Shown here: positions 25,852 to 41,161 of the stretch, one piece after another
Numbering within the stretch: the stretch's first letter is position 1
How the letters are laid out: the number at the start of each line of letters is the position of its first letter
Assembly (NCBI GenBank): GCA_012295275.1
Contig: CM022667.1
Location: 12,462,001-12,526,000, forward strand
Source: Chrysomallon squamiferum
Lineage: Eukaryota; Animalia; Mollusca
Direction of reading: 5' to 3'
Length of the DNA: 64,000 nucleotides
Program-made: the position numbers and the translations under genes
The notes under the pieces: generated by a model
What the model was told of the DNA's origin: nothing
Seen by the model: only the letters and a program-made list of their open reading frames with translations
Database searches by the model: none

Positions 25852-26750
25852 CTGTATGAATAATCGAATATAAAACAAAAGAGCTGCTCCCTTGACTCAG
25901 TATAACACGTGTTAGATTTTCATTTTTTTAAATTATTTCTTTTTAAAATTACTTTTAGAAGAACTCGACTAGAAAAAGGGAAATAATCGGTGGCCATTTA
26001 TTCTCAGTAAATCGTAATTTTAGCATTATTCTTTATTATTAGGAAACGTTGATATTTTGTAAAAAAAAAAAAAATAGATAAAAGAATCTGGCTTGATTTT
26101 AAAATAATAATAACAGTAACAACAAGAATTACAACAACAACACAATAATAATTTGTCCTAAATTCAATGTGCTCAGACTATAGTTTCAACATTAGATAAT
26201 TTAGAGAATTCCATTTCTAAAATGTATTTCTTCATTGTAACTAAATTATTTACTTATAAAAAAATAAATCACTATGAATATTTATTATAATTATTCCAGC
26301 TAATAGAGTAACTATTCTTAACCTCTTTTCGCTTGCCTACTACTGATTCATAACTCCTGTATGCTAACGACTAAATACATGATCGAAATGACTACATAAC
26401 ACGTGAAGACTGAATATTTTCTTTCAGTGACCATTCAAGCAGATTACTTATTATTTCGACCTGTTATCAGAAGACAGATTAAATAACTTAATAGTGATTA
26501 GTTTCACTAGGCTAAGTTACTGCTTTAAATCTGGTTGACACGATGCAGTTATGGCTCCCATCCAAGCTAATTCTTTAAAACTGCCATTGCCATACAGTCT
26601 TAAGAGTCACGTGTTCATAATATACTTTTGAATATAAATTAATGAGCACATTTCGAAACGTTATTTGATTAGGGGATTTCTTTAATTTTTATTTATTTAT
26701 TTATTTATTATCATTATTATTATCAATGTTATCATAATCATCATCATCAA

Positions 26751-26801
<51 letters not shown>

Positions 26802-29342
26802 CATCATTATCATCATCATCATCATCATCATTATTATTATTGTTGTTGTTGTTATTATTATTATTATTATATTGTTATAGTTGTTGTTGTTGTTGTCGTT
26901 GTCATTGTTCTCAGAAGAATTTAATCCATCTGTGCTATCATATATTTAGTTACTAATATCCTGACAAGAAAAATTTAAAATAAAAAAATAACAGGGCGAG
27001 TATATTTGAATTTTATTAGCAGAAATTATGATGTTGATGAATATAAATAAAACTGATGACAGCACTTTAATTATTAAATATTACACATAATTTTAATGAC
27101 AGCATAATGACATTCAAAAACGATTAAATTGAAATGAAATACATTCAGTCTATTTGTGTTTTTTAAATCTATAATATTTAAGATAAAATATATAAATACA
27201 ACTAAAGTACATTAAGAAAACTATAGAACTGAAACAAACATTTGTAAGCACTTTCACGATAAAAGGAACCCCCCTTTCCACATCCCAGTAAAATTAAAAA
27301 CACGCGCATGAAATATAACTAAATTACAATTGTACAAAATGAAAAGTAATAAGCAACAATATATAAAACATAAAATATACAAATATATGTACACCAAATA
27401 TGTGAATAAAAAAATAAATGAAAAACTCTCATAACATTTAAAAATGTAAAATTGGTGAAAAAAAATAGAAAAAAGAAGCGCCCAACACATAAGCAGATAA
27501 GCTGTAACGCTTACTCAGTAGTTTTGTTAACAACATAATTAGTATTTACCACAAAGAGTAGCCGAAACCATCCCCACAAATTCTCTATTAAATCTATTCT
27601 GTATATAGTCACCAGTCCAGAATTTGGTGGACGCAACAGAATGAATGATTTTGTCACATGCATTGTACTTTGTTCATTGCTGTCTCTGCTTCACAGAAAC
27701 AGTTCCAAATCTACTTCTTACAATCTAGGCTAACAGAGGTAATGATTAGCAAGTTATAACAACTGGCTTTTTAAGTAGTTAAAATATAGTTATATTATAG
27801 AATTTGAATTATTTTTGTAAACGTTTATGTAATTATTATTTATTTACATAGAAGTTTTATTCATTTATTTATATAAAGCTTATGTTGTTTGTTTCTTGCT
27901 GGTTTTTTGTTTTTTTAATTTATTTATTTATATGATTATTTATTTATATTATTTCTTTATCATAGCCGTACATATTATCTTTTTTAAATTTATATTTCAA
28001 AATCAGTATAGTAAATGACATATTTCATTTTCCTAAATATCAACAACTTTTAAAATGTAATTTATAAGCAATTAAACTGATATTACACAGAACATTGTTT
28101 AAAAAAAAGAAAAAAAAAAAAGAAAAAAGACTTAAGATGTATAAATAAAAATAATCAGGTTCCGAAACACTTACATTCAACTTTCTGTATCTTTAACAAT
28201 AGATTTTGCAATAAAAAAATAGCATTAAAAAAATATATGTGGTATATCTTTGCATTATAATAGCAATATGTCTGATACATTCCATTAATTATGTATATTC
28301 GTACATTTCAAAAACATACTGTACATGAAAAACACACACTCTCTCTCTCTCTGTCTCACACACACACACAATGTCCACGCCAAGCACTTATAACAAAATT
28401 TCTAATATATCTAATAACAACATGACAAAACAAAATCTTTAACAATTACATTAATGATAAATTTGTCAACAATAAAGTAAACAGCCAGAGGGTAACTTTT
28501 GGAGAAAAACAAATTAATTTCTGACTAAATACTAAATACGTGACAATTGTTTTTCATATATTATTCTATCTATATGTGTAAAAACTGAACAGAATCAGTT
28601 GATAATGGATGTAATATGATCTATTTTACATGTGGCTGAGTTCGTTACAAATGAAATATTAATTCAAACAGAAATATACAGACTAACTAAATAAATAAAC
28701 AAATACATATTAAACAGAAAGGCAGTTTTTCGTTTCTGTATTAGTGTTCAGTTTGATTGAAGATTAAATAAATGAAAATAAATGAAAACATAATTTTAAA
28801 TTCAGACTGATATAAATCTGAAGTCTGAGTATGGTATAATGATGGAATGGCAGTATATTTTTTTTAATTCTCCTGGTAAAATATGTATATATTTTCTGGA
28901 ACATTTGCCTTTGTAATTCAGTATTTTGCAGTGAATGATGTGGTATTGAAACAACCAAAAATCTGACTAGAATTTTTTTTTTTTTTTTTTACTTTTCTTC
29001 TTATAAAAGAAAAATAAACACAAATAAAAGAATCGTTAACATGTCACATCTAATCAATGCAAAAGCGAAAATATTAATTTTTAATTAACATACTCCATGT
29101 TGATAAATAACCTAACCACATGATCCAACGACAAAATTAAATGGCAAAGTTACCAAAAACATTTTAACAGATTCTCTCTGATAAGTTAACATTTCAGTAT
29201 TAACAGATTTATTAGAATTAACAAATTACTAGTATTAAGGAAGTACTAATATTAACAAATCACTAGTATCAACATACTAAGAATTTAAACAAATTACAAG
29301 ACAAGTTCTAGAATTAACAAACTGCTTGTAAAACAGACACGT

Positions 29343-30509
29343 TTAACAGACGTCGATGCTGTGAACGGTTTTCGCCTCAACCGGTTCGCGACGTAGGAGA
29401 ATTTCAGAAAGCAGGTAGAGAGCGAGCGACGCGAGACAGCTCGCACACATTATGTAGATCTTGCTGGCCATGCAGAAACTCTGCGAATAGGCGCACACCA
29501 CTGTGAGGCCCACGCCTTGTGCTATCCTCATTGCGGCGAAAGCTTCCTCGAACTGCTTTGGAAACAGAGAGCCAATCATGCCTGAAATATAATGTGCAAA
29601 CCGTAAGTAACCAGTTATTATAGCACAGGTTGATCGTCACTAATATGGCATCACTGGAACCTGTAGTGGGCTGTTACGTTAGAACGCACTTAACCTTATA
29701 GCTAACCCTTTTATTTTTCCTTAAAATACCCTGAAAATCAGTTAATGTAGGTAAATAAAAATAATAATAATGAATTTAAAAAAATACAAATATTTAAAAA
29801 TTAAATGAAAATCAAGTGAAATTTTAATGAAACACAAGTGAAATAAAAATTACAGTCACAGGTATTTCCGTTGACTTATTTCAGAAATTCCATCACTTCC
29901 GCAGGGTTACTGACTGCCAGATGGCCATTGTGCTTATATATATATATTTCATTTCTCTATTTCTGTATTATTTTTTTTCTACTTTAAACTGTGTTTGATT
30001 TTCAGGTACTGCCAACAGTAGTATTAATAAATTAACTAATTAAATCTGAATAGTAGTAAAAGAGCATACAAAACAGCAAAGCGTTTGAAATTTTTATTTT
30101 TATTTTTTTAATTTCAATTTTTTTTTTTTTTTTAAAACCAAATAAACTAATACTTACTGTTCATCTGAGACATCCATATGCCGTCTGCTATGCCCCACCC
30201 TCCTAACAACAGAAAGAATGGGTACAGATTATCTGGCGTCGGGTGCCACTCGGCCATGACGACAAGGAGACCCAGATTAAATAACGCCGCTGAAAGGACA
30301 AAACAGACGTTATCAACTTTCTGTTTTCACCAGCAGTTAGTTCGCCATCCTTCGTGTATTTATAGTCTGACATGGGAAAAGTGACAATTTAACTGAGGAT
30401 TCAAAATTCCCTCATTTAGCATTTAATTCACTATCAAGAAGGTATGTCAAAACCTTCGTACACGCAGCAGAGTTATCCCGCTTTTCCTTGTGTTTCCGGG
30501 CAAACGCCA

Positions 30510-30541
<32 letters not shown>

Positions 30542-31305
30542 CGGTTCGTTATGTTTTTAATTCGGTTTCGAAGTCCGAAATATCCTGCATATTATCTTAA
30601 TTATATTAGGTTTAGCAATTAATTGTATGTGTGTAAAAACACATAATTATTATTCACTGATAATCAGTACCTTCAATTATATTTGTCACACAATCATTGG
30701 TGTTTAGTTTGTGCATTGTTCCTTTTTGCATTGTACTTACCACAGTAGTGACACCTTTCGTCTGTCTTACCTGAATACAGCATCGAGCGTGTATTTTATA
30801 AAACTACTTGTCAAAAAAAATGTACTGTCTTAACTACAATTCTTTTAAAAACAGCATTATAATAATAAATAATAATGATAAGAAAAAAAAAATATTAAAA
30901 AAAAACAACTAAAATTTTTAAAAATTACATAGCATATAATATTATACAATGTACATCCGAACAGTGCACAGACTCAACACATTTTGGACATGTTTCTCAT
31001 TCTTTGCGCCATTTAAATTTGGAAAATTGTAAAAACGTTTAATGCAGTGATTCGAATAATTACTGTTCAAGGCACGTGCAGAAGAGAAACATATTCTTGC
31101 AGGTTGCTAAGACAATGTAGAGTCGTCTTTGTAGCATGCCAGCAAACTAGTCATCAACCTCAACCCTGTCCCTGTCTGTCTGTCCGTCAGGCCTCCACGT
31201 ACATAACACCGATTTTCCAAAACAGACGAGTTATCATCGAATTTACCATTTAAATAATAGTAATTTGTAAATAATAAATTAAGTATCTAAAGAGAATGAT
31301 AGAGT

Positions 31306-31389
<84 letters not shown>

Positions 31390-33476
31390 TTGCAAAAAAT
31401 ACAGATAAATTTAGACGATTATGTACGTGGCGGATACGTGTGTTTATAGTCAGTGAAGACTACGATACAATGAAACGTCATCCGAAATTTAAATTTGTGT
31501 AAGTAAAATTTGATTAATTTAATTAAATAAATAATTTTCATTAAATTATCATTGAGCCTTTGTAGGACCAAAACATAACAGTTTCATTGCGTCGTATATA
31601 GTAACATACATAATTTATTTCACACTTGTCAGAAATATATATATATATAAATATTTTTATAATTATATAGTCCCAGTAATTATTGTTATTTTTGTAATTT
31701 AAAATTTTAATCTAAAAAAGAAACCCAGAAAACAAACAGATATTTGTAAATCTGAATTAAATAAAATTAAAAATCAAATCTGGTAACGTTATATTAATAA
31801 AATTAATATTACATTTTTTATCATTTCTGACAAATATGATCAATACAGTTTCTATAGAAATATAAGAAAATAAGTCGCGAGTATTTGAATATCGAGAAGT
31901 CTTTTCCGTACTTATTCATCGTTTACATTATTCAAAATAAAATTCTCACAAGTGCAATATTATTTCACACGTCCCTTTGTCCAAATTATTGTATCTGAAT
32001 TGTAAACAATTTGATTTTATGACCTAATCAGAGATATGTTATCCAGAAAGAGCTGACCCTTACTATGTAGTTTCAAAAGTGTAAGGAAAAGACTCCTACA
32101 GTCATAAACAGCATCATGTATTTTAAAAAGTTGTGCGATAAATGAGTCGCAACACCTAAGAGAGCTTTTGTTTAGCACCTTTTTATTTCAGTTTTAAACA
32201 CCCAGCCCACTGAAGAATCAAATGTAATGATAAAATTAAAACTAGATTATTAAGACTTGCATTCGATAATATATATACATGATGCTGATAGACAAAGGTA
32301 ATTGAAGGTGCCCGTGTTAATTTTGAAAACCAAATAATGAATTCGTGGAAAAGCAAGAATTTATTTTCCTCAGCTGCTAACTGTTTTTTGACCTTTGTGG
32401 ATCGAAAATGTTCCTAACCAGCTCTTTATTCCAAGAGCAAAAACTCTATAATAAAACAATAAACCAATGGAGGCGCCACTTATCCCATGTCCACCGAAAT
32501 ATCACGAAAGGTGTACGATCTCAAATGGGAAAAAAAAATCATTTCATGCACTCGTACAATGTGTCTACTGAAGCAAGGGAGTCGTTGGAACCATTCTCTT
32601 ACCGTAGTGACTTACCGTGAACCAATCCCCTAACACAACGACTCCAGAATACTCACCACACTACAAACTGACATAACAGACATCAACCATGGGCAAAACA
32701 GAGCCAGTCTGTTTGTTGTTCGGCCATCTTGACAAGGCTTTGAGATATCATCTCTGGCTTTACATAACCATCTTTGTGTGTGTGTGTGCCACATGGGCAA
32801 CTCGGGCTACGTTTGTTCAGATAGAATATGCAAACTCAGTCAATGTGATTCTGACGCTTTAAAAACTCCTGTAGAGGCTATACACTGGAGGAAGTACAAG
32901 CAATCATAACGTCTCTTCTTTAACTCTGCCTTCAATAGTTTACCAAAGCTAATGTGAGGGGAGGGAACTGAAAACAGACAATGTATCAATTTTCAGAAAG
33001 GCATCACAACGTAAAGCAGCGGTCGACCACCGTCCAGGGGTTGACTCGTCAGAGCGTTGACGACAACACATCGCAGCTCAACACATTGACGGGTTGTCTA
33101 GATGTGCCAGTGTGATTTTCTTCTTTATTACGTTAACGTTTAAAATATATGTTCGATCGAATAGGAAATTTATAAAGCAGCAATATCTCAGTTAAGGATA
33201 ATTATAAGGGGCAGCAGTTTGGAACAGTATGCATGTGGCATCTCTCTGACATCTGATTCTTTTTTTATTATTATTTTTTCTTTTTTTTTTCTTTTTTTAA
33301 TTAATAATTATAAACATGTTTTTCACACAGCTTAAAAAATTCTTAAAGTTATTTCATGGATATCTTTCCAGTGAGAAATAAATCGAGCCAAGAATAATTT
33401 TTGTCCTTTATACTTTAAAACTAAATTTTTTTTTTTTTCTTTCTTTCTTTTTTCTTGTTTTCATCAACATCTTATT

Positions 33477-33511
<35 letters not shown>

Positions 33512-33893
33512 TTGTTGTTGTTCGTTTTTTCATTTTTGAATACTTTTAAACAATGAACATTATTGAATTTATTTAGTTTCTGTTTCAGTATTTCCACCAG
33601 TAAAGAACCGGCAGATTCACCGATGTATATTTGAGCCAGAATCTTCTGGAAACTTGTCAATCTTATTCATTATTTTTTTTTTTGGGGGGGGGGGGGTTGA
33701 AACATGGACTGGAGTTCATTTTCATGATTTTATTTTTTAATTGTTATGAGATTGCTGCTTCTGTACAATAAAAAAAAAGTCTGTGGATTTTTAATCAGTA
33801 ACCAAAATGAAGTTCTGCAACACTGAAAAATTAAAGATTGTTTTCGTTTTCAAGTTGATAAAGCTGCAATGAAAAATATTTCTTCAAACAGTA

Positions 33894-33924
<31 letters not shown>

Positions 33925-36900
33925 CTTTTTCTTTTCATTTCATATATATATATTTTTTTTTACACTATTTTATAATTGATTTTTGATTTTTAATGTAATT
34001 TAATTTGTTTTATAATGCCAGACAGTAATATTAAATAGATAACAATAATACTAATAATAATAAAAATAATAATAATTATAATAATGACAGTAATAAATAT
34101 TTATTAGAAAAGTTATTAAAATGTGTTGCAAAACCATTGATTTCTATCTTTTTCGTTAGTTTTTTCTTTACTTTTCTTATTTCTTTTTCTTGGTTTCAAT
34201 TTATTTTTTTAAAGTTTTTCTTTTCTTTTCTTTTTCTTTTTCTTTTTATTATTATTATTTTCTTTTAAATTTTTTTTCCTTTTCACTAAATTCAGATATG
34301 ATTTATAATTATTTATTAATGAAATCACATGGACACTGGAATATAAAGAAATAACATGGTTAGTGAAAGAAAGAAAATATATACATAAATAACTGTAAAT
34401 CCTTGATTCATTCAATTTAGTATGTAACAAAATGGTTAAAATTTAGATGTTCATAATTCATTTCAGTGTTGAATACTTGATTAACTTTTGAATACTTTCT
34501 TGCTTCTTTACCACATCTTCTCTTTTTTTCTTCTTCTTCATTTTATGTTATTTATTTATTATAATTATAATATATATATATATATTTTTTTTTTTTGTTA
34601 ATTTCTACATGTAATTTATCTTTCATTATTACAATGCAAAAAAATACATTTAAAGAAGGAATTAAATCAAGGATTTACAAAGATGTATCAATGATTCTAA
34701 TCTTAATCCAGTAAAGATACACATTATTGGAAATGAAAAATCTGAATTAATATAAACATTAAAGGGATTAAGTTTTCAAATACATATTACGGTTTTCTTG
34801 ACAGAGAGAGTTTAATTTTTTATTATTTTTATTATTTTTATTTTTTCTGAATATATATATATATAATTCATTTGTAATTAATATTTTTAAAAATTATATT
34901 AGAAAATTAGAAGATGTGTATCACCATAATTAACTGGTAAAATTTTAAAAATTATCAATACGATTATTAAAATATTTTTCAAACGTTTTAATTTACAATT
35001 AAATGTATAATAAATAATAATCATTTTCACAGTTTTGACATTACATAAATAACTATTTAATCTAACAATACATGCAAAACAAAACAAATATATATTTCAT
35101 TACATGGACATATTTAAAACATAATATGTAATATAAACTAACAATGAAAGTGATAAATTAATCAACAGTATTTCATGAATACATAATTAAATTGATCCAG
35201 CACCATTTATAACAAAAACAAAAACAAAAAATGTACAAACTGCACCTGTGACAATGAGTGAGATTCGACCCAGGAATCTGTTGAGCCAGCCACTGAGAAA
35301 TGAGCTGATGCAGCTGCAAACTCCAAAACAGATCATTGTGAATCCAACCATGTATATGCCGAGTGGACACGTGATAAATGCCTGTGATAAATAATGAATT
35401 AAATAATTAATATATACAAATTCCTAACGTACATAAATGTATCACATATATACAGAAAGACACTGGCTGTTTTAGAAATACATCCCATGATTTAGAATGC
35501 AATTCAGAACCTGGTAAAACCAATTAAGATTGCAGAAAGGTACATATATGGACATACGAAAATGAACTTGAACTGGTGCTAATACTCACCGTGGTAATTT
35601 CTGCAGTAAGGAAAGCGCTCTGCATGTTGCTGTAGAAGAGAAGAGGGATGAGGAACATGAACTTTCTGATTATGAAGAACTTTCCAAGAGATTTCAGATG
35701 CTCGCCTACCATGCTCAGTGACGCTATCTGAGACGAAAACAGACGTTCGTTCAACGGTTCCAGAAGAAGGCAGCCAATAATGATAGCTAAAACCAGACAA
35801 CCGACGTAGATGCCATACAGGAGGTATTTAGTGGAGTCGCTGACGTTCATACCTTCGTCTTCAATCAAATAGTCATGGCAATACTCTGAGCCACATAAAT
35901 GATAATGAGTTGAAGGTGATGAGGTATCGTTGGATAAAATGGAATTATCGGAACGATTTGATATCACAGGCGAAACTATCACAGAATATGAATCATTTGT
36001 AAAGGAACGTCCATTCTGACTGGATGAGTTGGTCATGTTCATCGCTGCCAAACCTCCAACCGGTGTACTCATTGGCTGGTCTGCGTACATGAGCACTAGT
36101 GAAGCTATTAGGTTTCCGGCAATAATATGTGTTTGAAAAGTCAGGCCAAAAATACCAAAATAGCGACTCAAAGTGTGTTCAAAGTCCTCTTTTCGCTTTT
36201 CAGAGTAGCCTTTAGCAAGGAATGTAACGTACGTACTTAGAGCGTTCCACATCATGGCAATAGCGCCACCCATAAGTATGGAAGTGGGGATCATGAGCCA
36301 CATAACAGGGTAGATATTAGAGGCGACCCAAATAAGCTGAGGAAATAGACTGATTATGAGACATTTTCGTGGCTGGAAATTCTGGACGAGGAACGGACTG
36401 AAAATACTTCCAATGACAAAACTGGAGAAGCAGGCAGCAAGGGACGACATCCCGACTCCACCCTCTCTGTTCACACTACTCTGCAGGTTTCTGATCGAGC
36501 CGAAAGCCATGGATGACAGTGTCAGGCAGATGCTGATAGCAATAAGGTTCTTTGTATGTTTGTTACTTGCGATAATCATCTTATCTTCTGGATCTTTTGA
36601 AAACTGGGTAAAGTCTTTGAGTGATTTTGATAGATCCCTGCAACTACCTGGAAGAAAAACCGAGCTTCCCACTGTATCGTCTTTGAGGTACAACAAAGCT
36701 TTCTGACACGCCAGCTGCACAGTGCTACCAAGGTCACCTTGTGTTTGACCCAGTAGTCCTAGCATCGTGTTCGATCTGGAACGAAATTCTTCAGGAGCTG
36801 CCTCGAAAGGATCAGCTTCAGGTATCAGATTCTTTTCACTGATTTCAACAGCAACGATATCTGAAAATTGGTTGTGGTCGAGAATATCTATTTTAAAATC

Positions 36901-37551
36901 TGTTCCAGGAATTAACAAACTTTCTAAGACGTTTTCAAATTCCACATTGTGATTATGTTCCATTTGTTCCGCCTCAGTCTGAGAATCTTTACAGGGTAGA
37001 AGAAACTTTTTGCTGTCTGCACTACCTACTGAGTCCGTGTAGTCGTCGCTGCTGTAATAGTGACAGCTGTGCGTGGACTGTGTTTCTGACATAGAGCCTG
37101 CCTCCAGGTGGTCACCGCTGACCTCTGAGACTGCAGTGACACAAGAAACACCTGTGTCAGGAGGTTCGTTTGATTCAGGCAACGTCGACTGCTTTATCTG
37201 CATTTCTCGCGAATTGTCTATGTCAGACATGAGAGACAGCTGTACCCCAGAACTGTCCACATCAACCAAATATTGGTTTATTTCGTAGCTGTTTAGTTTG
37301 GCGGGTTCTGGAGTAACACCAGCAGAAGTTTGAGATTCCATGTTCACTGAGTCATGGTACATGGTGTCCTCTTGACTGTTGTCAAAGATGTAGTTACCTT
37401 GGGAGACAAGAAAGTTGTTTGCGAGATTCGTTTCGATGGTGTTGGGTGAGGTGACGGTAACACCGGGCAGTTCGGGTGGATGGTTGTATGATAAGTTTGT
37501 ATTTGTCACGTTCTGGTGACTCGTGTCGGGCTTCATGTCTCGGCCCACCAT
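29343..37551 (-). CDS. UNC-93-like (UNC93A-family) MFS membrane protein, ~822 aa, 4 coding exons
   Basis: Exons 37551-35590, 35381-35246, 30289-30158, 29581-29343 join in phase with GT/AG sites. Family motifs: KNLIAISICLTLSSMAFGSIRNLQSSVNREGGVG, ASNIYP, MWNALSTYVT, RYFGIFGLTFQ, CGSEYC, LIPLLFYSNMQSAFL, AFITCPLGIYMVG, GWGIADGIWMSQMN, EEAFAAMRIAQGVG. Confidence 0.9.
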
Positions 37552-38437
37552 TCTAGCAGGTCTAAAACAAAGATCAAAAAATTAAAATTTTATTTTATTA
37601 TTTACATTTTACTTTTATTTATTTATTTAATTTATTTATTTATCAGCCTGTCTCTGTCTGTTTGTTGTTGTTGTTTTCTTCTTTATAAATTTTTAACTTT
37701 ACTTTATTATTATACTTTTTTTCCTAACTTTTATTCTATTTTCTTTATTTTATCGATTAATTTAAATATATATATATATATATTTTTTTTAAGTAGCCTA
37801 ATTTAACTTTATACCTATGCACATTATGAGGGGTTTCCTTTCTTTTCCCCCTCACACACAGACAGACATGCTTATCTATATACACTCGCACAAAGCAATG
37901 TATTTATAAGTCATTATATTTTTTATAATGACTGATTAATTCATTAATTGACTTAATATAATTTATTTATTTACTTCTTTATTTATAATCTTCATTTATT
38001 GATATTAAGAACCATAATAGTAATACATGAATTGTATACTTCGACTTCTTTTTTTATTTATTTATTTTTTTTATTTTTTATTTTTTTATTTTTTTAATTC
38101 TAAGATCTTAAAGTAACGAATATTCTGAACTCATTCTGATTTCTATGCTAAGGACTGATGACGCGCATGCAAATGTCTTTCCAAACCGCCAATCGGTGAA
38201 AAGAACGCGTCACAGACCGTCTTTCTTTGTCGCGGGTGACAACGTCAGGCCGTGTTTACTTTTTGTAAAGGTTTAAAGTCCGTTGTCAGCCTAGTTCACT
38301 AACAGAGGGCGGCGCACGCGCAGCTGCAGTTATATTTTACCCAGTCGGCTGTCAGTTGTCAAGTGTTCTCATTTCTCTTGACCTTTACCTTTCCTAGTTT
38401 TCGGTGTTATTCTTAGTAATAGCATATTCTTACTAGT

Positions 38438-38535
<98 letters not shown>

Positions 38536-38935
38536 AGACATACAGACAGACAAACAAAACAGATATATAGATATTACACAAACTCACATATATATCTGAA
38601 GGGGTTTTGTTTTGTTTTGGATTCTTAAGTGTCATAAACCATAGATGCATTATAATTCTGTAATACGTAAAGAGAGGCACGAAAATGAACAGTCTCCGAA
38701 TGATAAAGAAATGTAATTTCCGACACAAAATACTCAGTGGATTTGTTCAGAAAGAAAAATCAATACGTAAACCATATCATTCTGCTGACTTGCACAAATT
38801 CTCCCAGCGGTCAGTAAACCTCGTGTGACCTCGAGTGTCATCGCTTGACCTCCCATCGGCCATTTCATCAAATGACCTTAATAGCAGGAATGGTCGGCTT
38901 TTTTGCGAACCTGTCAGCAGAAAATGTACTGTGTA

Positions 38936-39003
<68 letters not shown>

Positions 39004-40270
39004 ATTGTCTATTTATAGAGGCACAATGAAAAAAAATGTATAATTTTGATATTTTATGTGTGTGTGTGTGTGTGTGTGTGTGTTTGTAGTGTAACAAATG
39101 AATTTTCTAACACAATTATTTGTAATGTGTGTAATATACAAGTATTATCACATGATTATGGTCAGCGTTACATAAATCGTACTTTGAACCCGATTTCTCA
39201 GACCTAAGTACTGTTATAATTGTGTTTTCACACCACATCACTTTTAAAAGCACTTAGTGCCACTGTACTAACTTATTATGTTCCAGTTCATTTGAGACAT
39301 GACGTATATAAATGATATAACTCGTTTTGCTGAGAATAAATACGAACACGCTTTTTCTATAAATATATTATAGAAATACTACATAAGTAAATATGAATAA
39401 TGCCCTTCTCACAGTTACAAGACACTTTTTCTGACACTTAATTTGTCATGGCAAAGTTAATGGAGTAAAATGTCTTAAGATTCGTCTTTTTGTTGACCTC
39501 ATCTTTCTCGTTTAAAATGTTTAACCTAATATCAGACACATTCAGTTTTATTATTATAGTCTACATGCTCTAATTGTTTCTTTTCTTTTCTTTTTTAAAT
39601 TTACGGTATTTCAAGCAATCCATCGCCATAAAAAGGCGCAAAAAATATATAAAACAAGCATTCGTGTATTGTTTATTTTATAATTAATACTTTTTTCTTT
39701 TATTTTCTCTCTCTAAATTTTATATTTTAAATATTAAAATAATAATAATAATAACAATTATTACATTAAACAAAGGAGAAAATATTTTACCATATATGTA
39801 GGACAGAAATTTGGAATTCGCTGTTTATAAAATTCGATTCATAAAACTGTGAAAATGATAACAGATCAAACGATATAGCGCTTTATGAGTAATAACTAAT
39901 TATACAGCAATGATGATTTCATTATTTGTTAACCCATTTTAATTTATTCACATTCTTAAGGTCAAGTGTATTGCCCTCGATATTCTGTTAATAATTATAA
40001 TGTGTTCATTATGATATAGGTTATGGATACAAAAATAGTTCCTTTAGTGCATTATTATAGAAACTATTTTCTGCTAATGCAGAATAATCTAATAAATCTC
40101 ATTTATACTGGATTTGGATCGATTACTTCCTGCCCATACACAATGTACAAAAAAACAGGTGACACCAGAATAAGTTGTGAAGGTTCATTAAACACATATT
40201 GTTTCTTGCTAGTTTAATATTTGATAGATCTAATTATACTGATGAATCAAAGATTGTGGTGGAAAAGGAA

Positions 40271-40393
<123 letters not shown>

Positions 40394-40576
40394 TTCATTC
40401 TTTATTCTCATATTATAATTTTCTGACCGAGTAACAGTGAACCCCATGAAAGGTTAAGAAGGGAAAAGTTTATCATTGTTTAAAGACAATGCAGAACTAA
40501 GCGTGTTATTGTATCTCGGTTATTAACCAGCTGTCTATTCTGGAACGCACCCACTAAATATATAAATTCACCTACA

Positions 40577-40652
<76 letters not shown>

Positions 40653-41124
40653 AACACACACACACACACTCATACAAAACACACACACACACACATTCAA
40701 CATCAATGTAAATATGTACACTGATACACATACACATTTCCTATTTGTTTTTGTCATTCTTTCCCGATATAAGCGTAAATAAACTCACAGAAGTATAGCC
40801 GTACGATGTTTAGATCAATGAATCTGATTATAGATCTACCTTACAGTTTGTCTCATGTATTTATAGTGCATATGTTATTGTTACTAAATTTATCTTCCGC
40901 CACAAGCGCTTAAACGTGACTGTCATCGAGATTGGCTTTACCAGATGAAACTGGTTGATTCTGACAGACGAGCCCATGTTTGCATGCTTCGACGATTAAT
41001 GCTTTATTTAAGAAGCAGATTACATATAGACGCACGTAATTATGCATGCACACCACACACACAATAAATAAATAAATAAATAGTAGTAGCAGTAGCAGTA
41101 GTAGTAGTAGTTGTGGCAATAGTG

Positions 41125-41161
<37 letters not shown>

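Noticed and set aside
33032-33052. Hammerhead-ribozyme-like core on the minus strand (CTGACGA-GTC-loop-GAC)
   Set aside because: The obligatory GAAA after stem II is absent (GGTG instead) and stems I/III are not evident.
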